Shown: one piece after another, positions 47,090-60,654 of the stretch | Layout of the letters: each line of letters begins with the position of its first letter | Position numbering within the stretch: the stretch's first letter is position 1 | Source of the DNA: Schmidtea polychroa | Lineage: Eukaryota | Direction of reading: 5' to 3' | Length of the DNA: 64,000 nt | NCBI GenBank assembly: GCA_044892525.1 | Contig: CM097885.1 | Coordinates: 189,100,001-189,164,000 of the forward strand | Notes under the pieces: generated by a model | What the model was told of the DNA's origin: nothing | The model's input: the letters and a program-made list of their open reading frames with translations, nothing else | Databases searched by the model: none | Position numbers and translations under genes: made by a program

Positions 47090-48630
47090 AAATTCTAGAA
47101 GATTTACAAGACACTATATGTCGGGAATAAAGATGAAATTAATACAAGTATCAACTTCATCATGAGCACTGAGATGGATCGAGGTATGAAAGAAAGATTG
47201 TTTGAATGCATTTTACCTTATACCAATAAACCGACAAGTTATCTTGCGAAGTTAAAAGAGGTAATCCGAAAGTTAGGACACGATTATGGGGTGGCGGACA
47301 ATAATGCAAAGTCTTTGATGATAGCGTTGAATACTTGAGATCAAAGAATTGAATATTATCAGGAACATTGGAGCGTAAAGGTAAAAAAAATACGATAAAA
47401 AGTAGTGGAGATATTGGGTAACGAAGGAATTATCGTGTTGACGTTCAAAGGACGAGTTGGGTGATGATGAATACTTACTGAATTACGGATGCAATCCAAA
47501 TTTTATTAATATATATGCAACAAAGCAAAGTGATGAAATGAAAAGGGATGCCGTTTTGGCCTCCGTATGAGGAAACGGATAACGATAGTGCAGACAGGAG
47601 CTAACACGAATTGCGTTGAATAGAGATGTAATATTGAGAGTATTAGCGTATATAGTTGTTGACAATTCAAAATCGTTAATAACGAAAGCCACTAAAATGA
47701 CGAATGAATATTTGATGAATTGGATAACAAATAATGGCGGATGGAAGAATTTAATACAAAAAGAAAAGCCCAAAATTAGAGACAGTAAGAAAAAAGGGGA
47801 AATTGGCATTTCCGTGGTTGATGATGTCTGTTATCATGTTATTGGGAATAATAAACACTAGAAACTACTGCTTCCAAACTGAAATTGGAAGAGTATATTC
47901 TTTAGTGGATGTAGCAGTGTTCAGATGCATAACCAGTAAAGTTCATAGTGAAAAATCCCGTAAAATATCACATGTATCAAGAATTTGGTTTCGGCGAGCA
48001 AATGTGAGGGAGTGTACAGTCAAAGGAACCACCTTTGTATTTTATTGCGGTAAATGGGCCCACTCATCAATGGTGAAAATGCAATCGATAACTAGCTTTC
48101 CAAACGGGACAACTGAAAATTAATGCAGATATCAAATTGCAAACGAAATTGAACCATATAATCCGTGAGACGGTGACAGTGAGAGGGATGATAATGTCGA
48201 ATGGCGATTACCAAGGAGAACCATACAAAATAGACTTTGCGATAATCGGCAAAGCCTTTGTCAGAGTATTTGTCAGAACTAAGAGAATTCGATGGGTCAT
48301 TTGATGACGATACGGGTAAACTACAGGCGGGCCCGTTCTGGAACATGAAACAATCTAGCTATCAGACAGGGGAATCAATCTTAGAGTATGATGTCGATAC
48401 GAAAAGGTGCAATTTAGTGCAATTGAAGTCAATGAGTTTTAAAGAAATAACGGGAGAACAGATCAGGGAAAAGCCTGAGAAAGTAAGGATGGATCCAGCA
48501 ACAAGTGCAACAACCAGAATCATCCCTTTACGGATGAAGGACAATCCAATCGTGTTAATGTCAATCTCGGCAGAAGATGAGATGCGATTTCTAAGAAAAG
48601 ATACGAAAACAAAGTGTGGACGAATTATAA
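47090..48630 (+). pseudogene. Decayed, divergent copy of the Ubl-Bcl2-like-Env polyprotein (5' part)
   Basis: ILEDLQDT/LYVGNKDEIN; EHWSVKVKK...GNEGIIVLTFKG..LGDDEYLLNYGC; EYLMNWITNNGGWKNL; MAFPWLMMSVIMLLG; VRECTVKGTTFVFYCGKWAHS; EYLSELREFDGSFDDDTGKLQ: same order as in 4760-1900. Confidence 0.88.
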
Positions 48631-49391
48631 AGGGATATATGTTAGGTTCTGATCTGGTAGAAAGATTCTTCCTAACACAGATTATATCTGACTCCAAAGA
48701 TATAAAATTTAAAATATGTGCGCTTAGATATATAAATAATTTAATATGGATTAAACAAGACGTTTATTTTCTAAAGATTTATTGTGCATAAAAAAAACTA
48801 TATAATAAGTAATAATTGTGTTTCTCCAATAATCCCGCTAAATACTATAAGAAAAGAATATCGGTTGTCCAAACCGTCCTCAGGTATGAGGCAAATGCTG
48901 GATCTAATTGCTCACAGCACTGTATTTGAAGTTAAGGACAAGATGAGGGAGGGATTATCAGAATTTTTCGCTATCGTCTAGATCAAGATTGATCTAGCGT
49001 TTCCTAATATTTGACCCTCTCGATAACGAGTAAGGCAGGCAGAAATGCTGCTTCTCGTGGTCGGGTTGAGCAATTTAAAGTTAAATATAAGAAAATCAAG
49101 TAACCTTATGGTTAAGAAATTCTTTTCTTTCGACAAAGTGGAAATGCTTGTACAAAATTTGTTATAATTTAGTGGTTATGACTATATTATTATGAATATA
49201 TTCATTTTCTATGGCAACAGCTGGTATTAATCTAGTGAGTTAATTCTCGTTGAGTTATATTGCTTTTTAAGCACAGCTGGTTATTCTCTGAACATTGCTG
49301 TTTAATCAATATTGATTTTCAGCTTAGAACAAATTTTATTTCCTTTTCTTAACTAAAAGTCCATACGTATTTATATTAATTTACTAATTAT

Positions 49392-49546
49392 NNNNNNNNN
49401 NNNNNNNNNNNNNNNNNNNNNNNNNNNNNNNNNNNNNNNNNNNNNNNNNNNNNNNNNNNNNNNNNNNNNNNNNNNNNNNNNNNNNNNNNNNNNNNNNNNN
49501 NNNNNNNNNNNNNNNNNNNNNNNNNNNNNNNNNNNNNNNNNNNNNN
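49392..49546. other. Assembly gap (155 N)
   Basis: N run. Confidence 1.
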
Positions 49547-52025
49547 ATCTATAGTAATTTGATTAAACTAATTTTAGTTATTATTTATTTTAAGTAACAA
49601 ACTATTACTATTATTATATTAATCTATTTTTAACAATTATTATTTATCTAGTTATTATTTTATTGTCCCTATCGTCCTAGCCTCTACGGCTAATAAAATT
49701 GCTCTTTGATCGAGCCCAACCCCAACATATCTTCCCCCTAACAGGATTTTCGTCCCGAAAATTAAAGGAAAAACATAAGAATGCGGCAAAACATAAAAAT
49801 AAACACGCTAAAAATGTAATCAAATATAAATGAATAACATGAATAAGCAATAAAAATACCAAGAGTAATAAACAAGTAATAAAACACAATGTCAAATATA
49901 ATTAGATCAGAGACCAATGTAAGTATAAAGTATAAGTAAGTATAATGTATAAAGTATAAGTATAAGTAAAATGTCATAGTTTTCACACCGGATAGAATGT
50001 TCAGCAGTTCGGAGAGAGGTAAATAACATAGCCGAAATGCTAGTACTTCCTTCTTTGACGAATTGTTTTGCATTCCTTCTCAATTTTTTGATCGATATAT
50101 TTCGGTGATAGCTGACGACGAAATTTTCTCGAGTAAATACGTTTTTATATACAATTGATGAAACGACGTATGTACTCTCGTTGGCTTCTAAGACGTCATT
50201 GATAGGGAATTGAGAAACCGCCATTTCGTGAATGGGTTGACCATCATATTCTAAGAAGCGATGTTTCCAATCGCTTCGAGGACATTGGCACCATCTAGGT
50301 ACTTCCCAATCAATATCGGTTTAATTTTCTTTGAAAGGCCAAAACCCACAATATCGCCTTCTACGAAAGGCTCTTTTATACTGAGAACCTTCGTTAACGC
50401 CAAGTCTGGCTCTTTAAAACTAATTTCGACGAGATCTTCTTTTGTTTCCGTTGGCTTCTCGTTGCGCATGTCATTAGGAATCGAGATTGTGATTGTAAAG
50501 TCATCATCTTCATCACTGTTACACGTGGCGTAATCTTCCTCATCCGCCATCGTCATATCTGGTTGAGACGATAGTGGTTCAAAATCCATTTTCTTATTAC
50601 TAATTGATGGTAAGCTCTCCATAGCTTTCCGCTTCGTTGCTTCTGAGGATGGAAAGGAGTTTGCAGGTTTTAGGTTTTTATCTTGGAGACCGGGAGGAAT
50701 ATCGTCAATCCACTGATCACTTAGTTTCCGATATATTTGCCTGATGGTAAGTACATAATCTTGTGCGTTGAGGTCTGAGCGACACTTATTGTCCTGTTCT
50801 AATACTACCTTGCCAAAAATGCCAACCCGATTCTCATAGGCACTTAGCTGTACCCAAATCTCTAACACCCAAAGCTCGCTGAATTGGGAAGTTAGTAGGT
50901 CATAATCTGCAAGACCAACAATGATTTTGCTGTCACAGATCTTAAGGAATCTTTCTGCACAATCTTCGCCATCAAAGTGGCGGGTAATTTCTTTTTCGGT
51001 CATACCATGTTAATGTGACTGGTATTTTTTATGGGCTCATGGGGGTAACCACTGTATTCAATAATGGTTCTCCGTTGGAGTTCAGAATGGACACTGCAAC
51101 TAATACCGATTGCATGTGGTCTCTAGCCGTAGCATAATGTGCTGCTACGAAAATAGTAGAGTCGTCTTTGATTTGAAAGCCTTGTAGTCACTTTCGTTAA
51201 CAATGTAAATCCATTTGGGTTCATTGACCCATTTTAATTGAGGGATTTGTCTTGGTTCAAGTATTTCTAAGACGATAAGGGTTTGCGATTTTGAACTCTG
51301 AACCGTTATACACTTTTCTCTTTGATCACTATTGAATATCTCTAGGGTACTTTCAGGGAGTAGATTGATTGGAACCGTGGCCGCAGTGATAAAAATTGTG
51401 AATTCCTTGTTGATCGAATGTATAAGAAGATGGGCTGTCTTCATCGAATTATTAAATTCCGGAAAGATGTCAATGAGCCAAACTTTATCATGAATCGGCA
51501 GGAATATAATGCTCATCTTCCTTTTGGGGGAACAAGTGAAAGATGTTCGCATTTTTCAGCCGCAACGGTATAGTTTCTACAAAAACCTCATGCCGTTCGT
51601 TTGATTCCCATAATCTTGGGCTATAATATACAACTAGCGCTGAAAATGCTACTGTATTATTTAGTTTTATTCTCTGAATCAGTTTACTTCTATTTATCCA
51701 TAGTTCCCCGACTGAAACGAACTCTATTTACAAGTTGATTTTCACCTTTTCGTCTCCAATTATCTGTCTTCGAAAACTTACCTCGTCTTCTTGATACGAA
51801 ATAGATATTTTCTTAGTGAATGGTAGTGTCTGCAATAACCATCGAGATGCAAAGTATATACCCCAACTCCGAAGTACATATCGATTTACCACTACCCATA
51901 ACGAGTAATCCTAAGAAAACTAAGATATATTTGTTTCCGCTATTTGACTCTTTGAAGGGTCCTAACACATCCATCGCCGTCATTTCCATAGGTAAGGATG
52001 GGCCCGGAATAGGTTTCATTGGGAC
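49547..52025 (-). mobile_element. 3' end of a Gypsy element: integrase fragment, accessory ORFs, PPT, start of 3' LTR
   Basis: HVPMKPIPGPSLPMEMTAMDVLGPFKESNSGNKYILVF (IN core start, 52025-51900); ORFs 51145-51552 and 50251-51003; PPT AGGGGGAAGATA (49739-49728) followed by TGTTGGGGTT, the same start as the LTR at 7485. Confidence 0.7.
50251..51170 (-). pseudogene. Accessory ORF with a degenerate DEDDh-type 3'-5' exonuclease-like domain and an acidic tail
   Basis: VAVSILNSNGEPLLNTVVTP...T L/ HGMTEKEI...FLKICDSKIIVGLADYDL...LNAQDYVLTIRQIYRKL (one stop, one frameshift at ~51009); ExoI acidic residues not seen. Confidence 0.45.
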
Positions 52026-52440
52026 ATGTTACATTCGGGAGATCTAAAATTGACAAATTACTTCAATAACAAGATAGATTATCGGTTTCATTTTGGTCAA
52101 AATAACGTTGAAAATGTATACCGAGAAGTTATTATAAACGACTCCAATCTCAATAAAGAAATACTCCAAAATCGGATGGCAATGGCTATAACCAATCCCA
52201 ATTTGGTGGCCCCAATGTTGATTACAGAGAATGGGGTGTTTGCCAGAATTTTTTGTGAAGTACTTTTGGCTACAAATGTAAAGCTGTGCCAGTCAAACTG
52301 ACAAAGTATGACCAATGCTCCAATGAATTACCAGTAAATTTAAATGGAAAGCTGCGATTTAAGGAGCCTGTGACACGAATCTTACTGGAATATGATGTGA
52401 AACCTAAAGTCTTACAATGCAATAGAATTGTTTGACCATA
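52026..52440 (+). pseudogene. 3' continuation of the decayed chuvirus-like env
   Basis: DLKLTNYFNNKIDYRFHF...NKEILQNRMAMAITNPNLVAPMLITENGVFARIF; then NELPV and EPVTRIL: near-identical to 2000-1650 in translation. Confidence 0.9.
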
Positions 52441-52779
52441 TTGACAATTTTATCAAAAACTGATTTGATTGAAAAAAATATTTTGTATTAATCATTTTTT
52501 AGAAGAAAGTTTTTTTCAATAACGATTTCACAATAGTTAGTCAGACTTGTACATTTTGTTTCTGGTAATTCTAAAGAACCTTTGGATATGAAAATTTTAT
52601 ATAAAAAAGAAAAATGTAATTCAATTCTTTCTAAAATCTTTCACCACAGTCAAAGGTATTCTGTCTGACATTCGTTGATGGTGTTAAAGCCTTCTTTCAA
52701 TCTCCAAGTTTCATGCCTTAGATTTTTACCTACCAACAAGAAAAAAACTAAAATTTTATATTAAAATTAAAAAATATAA

Positions 52780-52933
52780 NNNNNNNNNNNNNNNNNNNNN
52801 NNNNNNNNNNNNNNNNNNNNNNNNNNNNNNNNNNNNNNNNNNNNNNNNNNNNNNNNNNNNNNNNNNNNNNNNNNNNNNNNNNNNNNNNNNNNNNNNNNNN
52901 NNNNNNNNNNNNNNNNNNNNNNNNNNNNNNNNN
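52780..52933. other. Assembly gap (154 N)
   Basis: N run. Confidence 1.
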
Positions 52934-53765
52934 TTATTGACAAGATGAAAACACACGTTTTTTAAATTCTATTTTTATCACAGATTGAGCATATTAAAAC
53001 AAATTTAATTATGCAATTACATCTCCGTGTGATTTTCGTCTTCGTTCTCGATAAAAATTGTTTCAAAATCATCAAGATATCGAGATCTTTTTGTTCTGCC
53101 TCTACGTACATCTCGGCACAGTGAGTTGAGTATATGATTGTCTACGTCTGTTAATCCTTCATCGTCGTTGTTCTCCACTGATGCTTCGTTGATAGCCGGT
53201 CGTATGTCGGAATAGTGTCGCGGAATCCCGTTGATGTCGAAGTTGGTCGAATATTGGCATTGGATCGTAATTGTTGTGACGACACTGCTGGCAAACCCAT
53301 GATGAATGCACTTTTAAGTATGATCTCTTTATCAATCTTGGTCAGAGATGTTAAGTTTTTGAGATCATTCAAATAGATATCTACTGGCTCATAGCACCAC
53401 TTTCGTTCACAGAATCGGTCATATGCTGGGAACATATCTATCAAATAGACATCGATTAAGGCATGTTCGATCGTCAATGCGTTCCCTTTGTCTTCCGCAC
53501 TCAAATGCTGATATACTGCAAAATCTGGTCCATCTAGATATAAAGGAATTATTGATTCCAGCTCCAAGAATTTTTGAATTTTTGCCACTGGCTTCACTTT
53601 CTGAATCCACTGTTGAATGTCACCTTCTCCCTTAAAAATAGGGATCATGTTGTCCGTGATATCGCCTCGATAGCTTGTAGTTTTATTGACAAGATGAAAA
53701 CACGTTTTTTAAAATCTATTTTTATCACAAATTGAGCATATGAAAACAAATTTAATTAATTAATT
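52934..53765 (-). mobile_element. Short gag-only LTR element or internal-deletion derivative
   Basis: ORF 53151-53648 is Gypsy capsid-like (FKGEGDIQQWIQKV...IIPLYLDG...EPVDIYLNDL); ~77-bp direct repeats at 52934-53010 and 53683-53760 with TGTAAT start (53021) and AATAAA...CTACA end (53676). Confidence 0.6.
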
Positions 53766-53789
53766 ATATAAAGTCTTAAAAATCTTTTT

Positions 53790-54390
53790 AATCATTCCAT
53801 AAAATTATTATTTAGCTTGTTCAGCAAAATATCTTGAAGTCTTTCTTCACTCAGGCGACAACGAAAACACATTTTAACAAAGAAATATTTCTCTTTACAC
53901 TTACGTGTATAGCCAAAACAACTTGTGCCAACTCATAGAGAATATTTTGTTCTAGTTATTTGGTCTCCCAATACTCCAAAATATTTGAGTCAGATTTGAT
54001 TGTTGGCACATTTAAAAAATTCTTTATAATATTTTCAATTTCACTTGATGAGTAAATTGGAATTTTTCTCAGTTTTTCTTCTTCACTTGCCAAAAATATT
54101 TCAAGATCATTTACATTTTCCATTTCGGTTGTTTTTGAGGATTCATATTCAGATTCACATTGATCGCCAATTTCAATTTCGACTTGATTAATTTCTTTAA
54201 TAATTTTCAGCGTTTTCCAAGTATACATTAGATGATTTTGTGCAGCCTTTATGTTTGTAGATGATAGTAGAAACTGAAACCGTGGATCTAAATATAATGC
54301 AGCATTAACAAAATCAGTTCTCTCTTATTCATTGCTTCTGATAGTTTTTAGCAAGTATCTGCTTTTAATTTTGTCATGGTCCATAATGAA
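53790..54390 (-). pseudogene. hAT transposase C-terminal fragment
   Basis: AALYLDPRF; SNILEYWETK; ELAQVVLA..VSV; EERLQDIL. Confidence 0.7.
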
Positions 54391-54489
54391 TAAAAATCCC
54401 CTAAAAGTGTTTTTAATTAATAAAAATTTGGAGCAGAGCGGAACCGCACAGCACTGCTCCGCTCTTTACTCCAAGCAAATTTTCCGCTC

Positions 54490-55060
54490 CTAATCCTTGG
54501 CTCCGGGTTCTAAAGTTGAGAAGCTGATGCTTACGCATTATCCCAAGAAGATTTATATTATTCATTGGAGAGTAGAAATAACTAAGTTTAATCGAACTGT
54601 TCACTACAGAAACTGATTTTTAAAAATTGTATAGATACTAACTCTCAATTAAGGACAGATTCTTCTACGGCTTTAGATAAAAAGTTTTATTAAAAACTAT
54701 TACAAACTTTTAAATAATAGTCTTTATAGTAAAACTGTAGAGAATCTCAAAAAATTACTCAATTTAAGGTTGTGTAATTCAGAATCAAAACTGATTACAT
54801 ATATATCGAAACCTAATTTTGATAAAACTTATAAAATCTTATCTCTGTCTTGCTTAATAAGGATAATGTATGCTTAGATAGACCCAGTTACATAGGACAA
54901 ACTGTACTTGATTTATCTAAACTAAGAATGTATCAACTTCAATGTAAAGAGTTGCAAAAATGTCGTAGTGACTTTAATTGTGAGATTAAAATCGTTGCGT
55001 TTGATACGGATTCTTTCTTGAAGTAAAAAATTGTAAATTAGAGATTCTTATACCCTTAAT
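54490..55060 (+). pseudogene. Polinton pPolB C-terminal fragment (second family)
   Basis: GSKVEKLMLTH; DTDS; nucleotide homology to 63250-63600. Confidence 0.7.
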
Positions 55061-55399
55061 CTGCTACTGTTCTACCCTCATAAATCGTATATTATTCTCT
55101 CATACTTAAGATCAGTTATCAGTCATCACGTGTGAAAAGGAAAATCAGCAACACATAATGACAACAATAACATAATGAATAAACAAACTATTAAAAATGG
55201 TAATTTATACAATTACGTAGGAGAACAATTTTTTAAAATATTTTTTTAAATATATTTCGACACCTCGACTGTCATTATCAGGCAAACAATTTCAATAATA
55301 ACGATTATATTTATAGGTTTACTAAGTTATTACATAATTATGTGTTCGGAATCCCAATAATATTTATTAATCATATTAGATCTAATTAAATACTTAAAC

Positions 55400-55680
55400 T
55401 ACACTTAGTTAATGCATTTTGAATGTTAATTTTTGGGTTGAATGATTTTATCATCAAGGCTTCACTAGTAATACGTTCCCAATAGTTCTTGAACCTTCGA
55501 TAATACTTTAAAATTGAAAATGTTTATTTTTACTTGTAAGTCTTATTATGCTCAATAATATTACTATTTCCACTCAATCGGGTATGGTCTCAAGCAGAGA
55601 TGACGGGCAGTCTCTCCGATTACAAGTTAAAACGATATACTAGCAAAATGTCACAGGTGGATTACTGAACTTTATAAAAC
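55400..55680 (-). pseudogene. Penelope-like element GIY-YIG endonuclease 3' fragment
   Basis: IGETARHLCLR and ERITSEALMIKSFNPKINIQ, typical of the PLE endonuclease end. Confidence 0.65.
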
Positions 55681-57911
55681 TTTCTGTTCAAATCGTTCAG
55701 TCCCACTTACTACAAATAATTAATGTTAGAATATTATAAAAGTAGTATAACTTACTTAGAAGTTATCTCAAAAATGGCAGAAATCGACATGGTTTTAGAA
55801 AATTGATGAATCATAAAGTTGGTTTTCCTACAATTTGTATTATAGAGAATATCGCATTGAGTTTTTGTGTACTTACTTATTTAAATATTAATAAATTTGA
55901 TTGTACATAATATTGTACATAAGAAATAGTACACTGTTAAGCTGCTCTGTTCACTGAAAACTTTGTTTTGACACTAAAATGAAGTTGTGTGCTATCTTTG
56001 TGCCACCAATGTAAATTAATCAACGAAAAATAAAACGCTTTTGAACAATATCGTTATTTAAATATATGACTGATGTGCACGTTTATCGACATTATGCATT
56101 ATACACTTTGCATTTTCTTCTTGAATAGGCAAAGAATGATAACAAAAAAATAATTTATTATTCTATTTATTATATTATAAATATGTTCAATTATCCCATG
56201 TATATCTGATTATTTATTTGTTAAAAAAATAAAAGTAAAACGATGAAGAATAGTTATTCATTACATAGGCAGATTATAATTGTAAGGGGAACACATTAAA
56301 AACAATCTTGATTTTGCAATACGTTTTTCTAAATTCTTTAGTTTCATAACCCATTGGTGGAAAACAAACACTCCCTGTGTCCCCATTATAGTTTAAAAAT
56401 GTTTCAATCAAAGCTCTGTGCCTATTTATTGCTATCGCCTTCAATTTGGATATTAGTAAACCCAAGAATCACATCTTTAAATATAGTATAAAGCATAATT
56501 GGTACTATATGCACGGTCTTTCTTGTCTATAACTTGGAGTTAAATAGATAAACGTCTGTTTGTCGTTAATAAAAACTACAACATCATTTCTCGAATCAAT
56601 TATGGAATTCATATGAAATGCATCTTCAAATATTCCATTTTCAATTACTTGTGGAGATGGCTGATCAAAAATATACAACTCAGTTTATGAATTCGGAATT
56701 TTTCCCTAACAGTCTGTGAACCCGTGATTATAGTCATAAATTACATTTTTTACTTAAAAATTGTACTTAAAAATAAATATTTGCATTTTCAAATCAATAT
56801 TAACGCATAAAAAAATATAACTCCCGATAACTCTTATCCAAAAACGTGGAAACTCCTAGTGTCCCGGGGACTTCTTATAAGTGAACAGAATTCATAAGTA
56901 TTTGATTTTAAAATGAAAATATTAGAGTAATACACAGAATTATTTTTAATTCACCTTCAGCATCACTATTACAAAATGTTAATTTCAATGTTGTTTGTCT
57001 TGTGCGTCCTCCTTAATTTTAGTTGCTCTCTCGTACCATAATGTCGTAATATTATTATCTTCATGATTATTATTGATTATTATTATAATCTCTATATAAA
57101 TTTAATTGAAACTTAATAATAAAAAATAAAGAAAATGACGAGACTTGTATTCATTTTATTTTTTAAATCCTATTAACCATATTACTTTTACTGGCCTTTG
57201 GTGATTGAATCCAAAAGATTTTACTAAACCTAATAATTAATTCCTTAAATTACGGATCAAAATTTTGATTACTATGCATTTAACTACATAGAATCCATGC
57301 ACTTTCTGTACGGGTTCTGGACTGCCGATACAAGTGCTTACGTCTACTAGACAAGGTGGAATACTAAAGATACTAATAAATAGAGTTTTTGGTCCTCATA
57401 ATCGGAGTAAAATGTTAATTCATTTATGGACAATTGTTAAAGCTTTTCTACCAAGTTAAAACTAATGATTATCGCAAATAATATACAAAATGAAAATAGA
57501 AGAAATATAAAATCGAATATTTTAATTAACTAAATAACAATTACAAATTTTGAGGTTTCAATTTGGCTTGAAACTTCAACTTTATCATTGATGATTACTA
57601 AATATTATTGTTTAATAATAATAATAATAATGATTATATCACGTTTTTTAAATATGACCTATTTCTCAGGTTCCTTTATATCCGAGATATTGTATGTCCT
57701 CAAGCAGTCATAATAATGCCATAAATTAATTAAAAAATATTATTGTACAAAAACTACTGGCATCAATTTTTTAACATGTCCTATGTGCAAAACTTCCCAA
57801 CAATTAAAATATTTAGATTTCTATTGTGAACATTAAAACTTTTAAACCAATTCTCGTCTACTAAAATTTCTATTTTTAAAAAAATTAATAAAAATAATAT
57901 GATATAAATAA

Positions 57912-58600
57912 TTGAAAAAAATAACATTAAAAATAACACGAAAAATCATTAAAAGAGAAGTGATATTTATCAGTAATGATGAATGTGTAGCTTTAAATAT
58001 AAATTTAATTATTCAGGTTGGTGGATCTGTTCCATTTAATTTAATTAATGAAACTGATGAGTCGGTTCTCTATAATTTTATAAACCATGTTAGTGGATCT
58101 TTGCTTGAGAAGGAAACCCATTAGAGAAGTTGATTTGAACGGGTCTAAACAAACATTAAAATTTAGTATCTCAGATGCAAATTTAATTAAAATATCCCTG
58201 ACAGAAAGAATTAGTGAAAAGTTAATATTTGAAATAAAAAAAAGATTGGGAGAGTAAAAATACAATTTGCGATTATCATTCGGTTTGAAAACGACGGTTA
58301 GATCCGAGATAATTATTTTTCGAATAGTGCGCAGGTGTTTTACGATAATTTTCTGGTTGAGATAATTGAAAAATTTTGAGATTTAGGAAGTGGATGGCGA
58401 GTGATTAATATAGATAATTTTATTATGACATATTTGCACCAATTAGTAGATTATCTGTTCATAGTTATTTACGTACCCCATCTGCATTTAATGCCAAAAA
58501 AGCAATTAATAAGATAAAAAATGATGATGACATGTGTTTTATGTATAGTATACTTGCTATACTAAAACAAAATGAAATAGTTATAAACCCCACACAGAAT
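57912..58600 (+). pseudogene. Polinton pPolB N-terminal relic
   Basis: GSGW(R)V; AKKAI(N)..KNDDDMCFMYSILA. Confidence 0.5.
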
Positions 58601-59879
58601 TTTTAAATGAATTAAATTATGATTATATCACAGATTGCCCAATAAGATTGTATAATATTGTATAATATAACGACCGTCTGCTGGTGACTTGATGACATTC
58701 CACATCACCTAGACAAGAAACATTCCAGTGTCTCCTCCACCAGACAATGCAAAATGTCTTCATTGTCACTTATTTATAAAATATAAAAATTACCAATTTA
58801 AAGGACCTGCAGTAAACCAACAATAAAAGTTAAAACTAAAACAAATGTATATAAATAACGTATTTTGGGAGGAAGGAGAACGAATAAATTGATTTCTAAA
58901 TTTTAACCATACTAAAAATTAGTGACAGAAATGTGAACTCAGCAAAATATATGGTTTTACAATCGGTTTGAAAGTTTTTGATTATTCTAAACTTTTCAAA
59001 CTTCAAAGATAAAAAGACAAGGGTGCCGTTTTCCGCAAAGTTTTCTCCGGAAGTTTACCGACAAATGTTAGGGCTTTAATTTTGCTCAATCATATGACGA
59101 AGGTGAAACCTAATGGTTTAAGTAAACACTATTTTAGTAATTACATCAATTTTGGTTTTACCACATATTCAATAATGTGATTTATTATTCAGTTTTTAGC
59201 AATTTTATATTATTTTAAACAATAAAAGATACACATAACTCTTACAAATGTTATCCAGAATTGGGGAACTTAATATTGCTTCCCCACCTGAAGAGTTTAG
59301 TCAAGAAACTGTTTAATGTATACTTAATATTTCAAAAATATTAAGTATGCAAGATTTTGATCACAATTAAAAATGTAATAATTAGTTCATATTAACACAA
59401 ATTGTACATTACCTTTCCATATGTCGTTTTGTATGTGAACTCTATTACATGGTAGTGGTCGTTTCCAACTTAACACTCGCTCCAAAAATAGCAAGTTTGT
59501 AAATCACCTCATCTTTTTGGAGCTTGGGTTTGAGTTGTATTTATAAGTTGGCAGTTTTCATTGATGCTTTGATTTAAGTTTTCTTTGGTTTAGGGCTGGT
59601 TTCTTCTACTGACAGGGCTTTTCTATAACATTTTAGTTTCAAAATGAGAATAGTAAACTTCAATGTGATAATATTTTATTTTGATATAAAAAAATTATTT
59701 TAACAGAAAATATGCAATATTAAAGATTTGAAAATATTTTAAGTTAAGAGCCGCAGTGAAATTTTTTTGAATACTTACGATGGAATGGTACACATTGTTG
59801 GTGTATTTGTTTTAGACCTACTTCAATAAGGCTTTCTAAGTCTCTTAATATCTGTTCTCTGATTGTTAATTTACTTCTG

Positions 59880-60330
59880 CAATTAAAGAATACTTGACAA
59901 ATCTTTTGACAATTTTATTTTAACATAACTCTTAGCCACAAACCAGACATTTTCAATGTGGTTAAACATTGGACTATCGGGTCCAAGTCTGAGTATCCTG
60001 TTTTCACGAAATTCCTACAGTAACAAGGTACATTGTCAATTATCATAACAACTCGTTCACCATGTCTAACGATTGCTTGACAAAGACAGCTTTTCATTCA
60101 CACTTTTGCATTTTCTTTGTTGAACGAACCTATTCTTATTTCATAATAAATACACCTGGTGGTGCTAGTATCGTGTATCTATCGTATTATATTTTGTGTT
60201 GGTTTGGTTATTTCAAGATTCGAGGCCGTACTCTCCCTTATTGATTGTTCAAAGGAGATTGATTCCTCTGTTAAATCCATAATGTCTAATGATGTTGTGT
60301 TCTAGTGTCAATTCATCCGTACTTGGTGTT
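59880..60330 (-). pseudogene. Decayed Tc1/IS630-like transposase fragment
   Basis: YYEIRIGSFN; VVMIIDNVPC; remnants of PYSPMLNPIENVW. Confidence 0.5.
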
Positions 60331-60654
60331 GGTTGATCTCTTAGTATGATTTCGTTGTTCTCGTCTAAGTCAGCATCCTCAACTTTTGTTATAGTCGTAG
60401 GTTTAATGATTTGCAGTTATTTATCAAACTTGGATTGTAAACCTTTTGCAAAAGTATTTGTTTCGGCCGATTTGTTGTGTGCGCATCGGGTTGTCCTTAC
60501 ATTGTGTTGTGGTACCTGTTATGATTTTTTTGTGTGTGCTGGTGGTATTCAATAGTTCTGATTGGATAATGCAGTTTTTAAATCGAATCTTTCTGGTTTT
60601 TGGATTTGGTGTGTGCAAAAAGTCAAAATTCTCAAATAATTTATGTGTCCCATT

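Noticed and set aside
55255-55281. Hammerhead-like core CUGAUAA-stem-GUCGAAA (minus strand) downstream of the Penelope fragment
   Set aside because: G8 is altered and stems I/III could not be convincingly paired; at most a decayed PLE ribozyme
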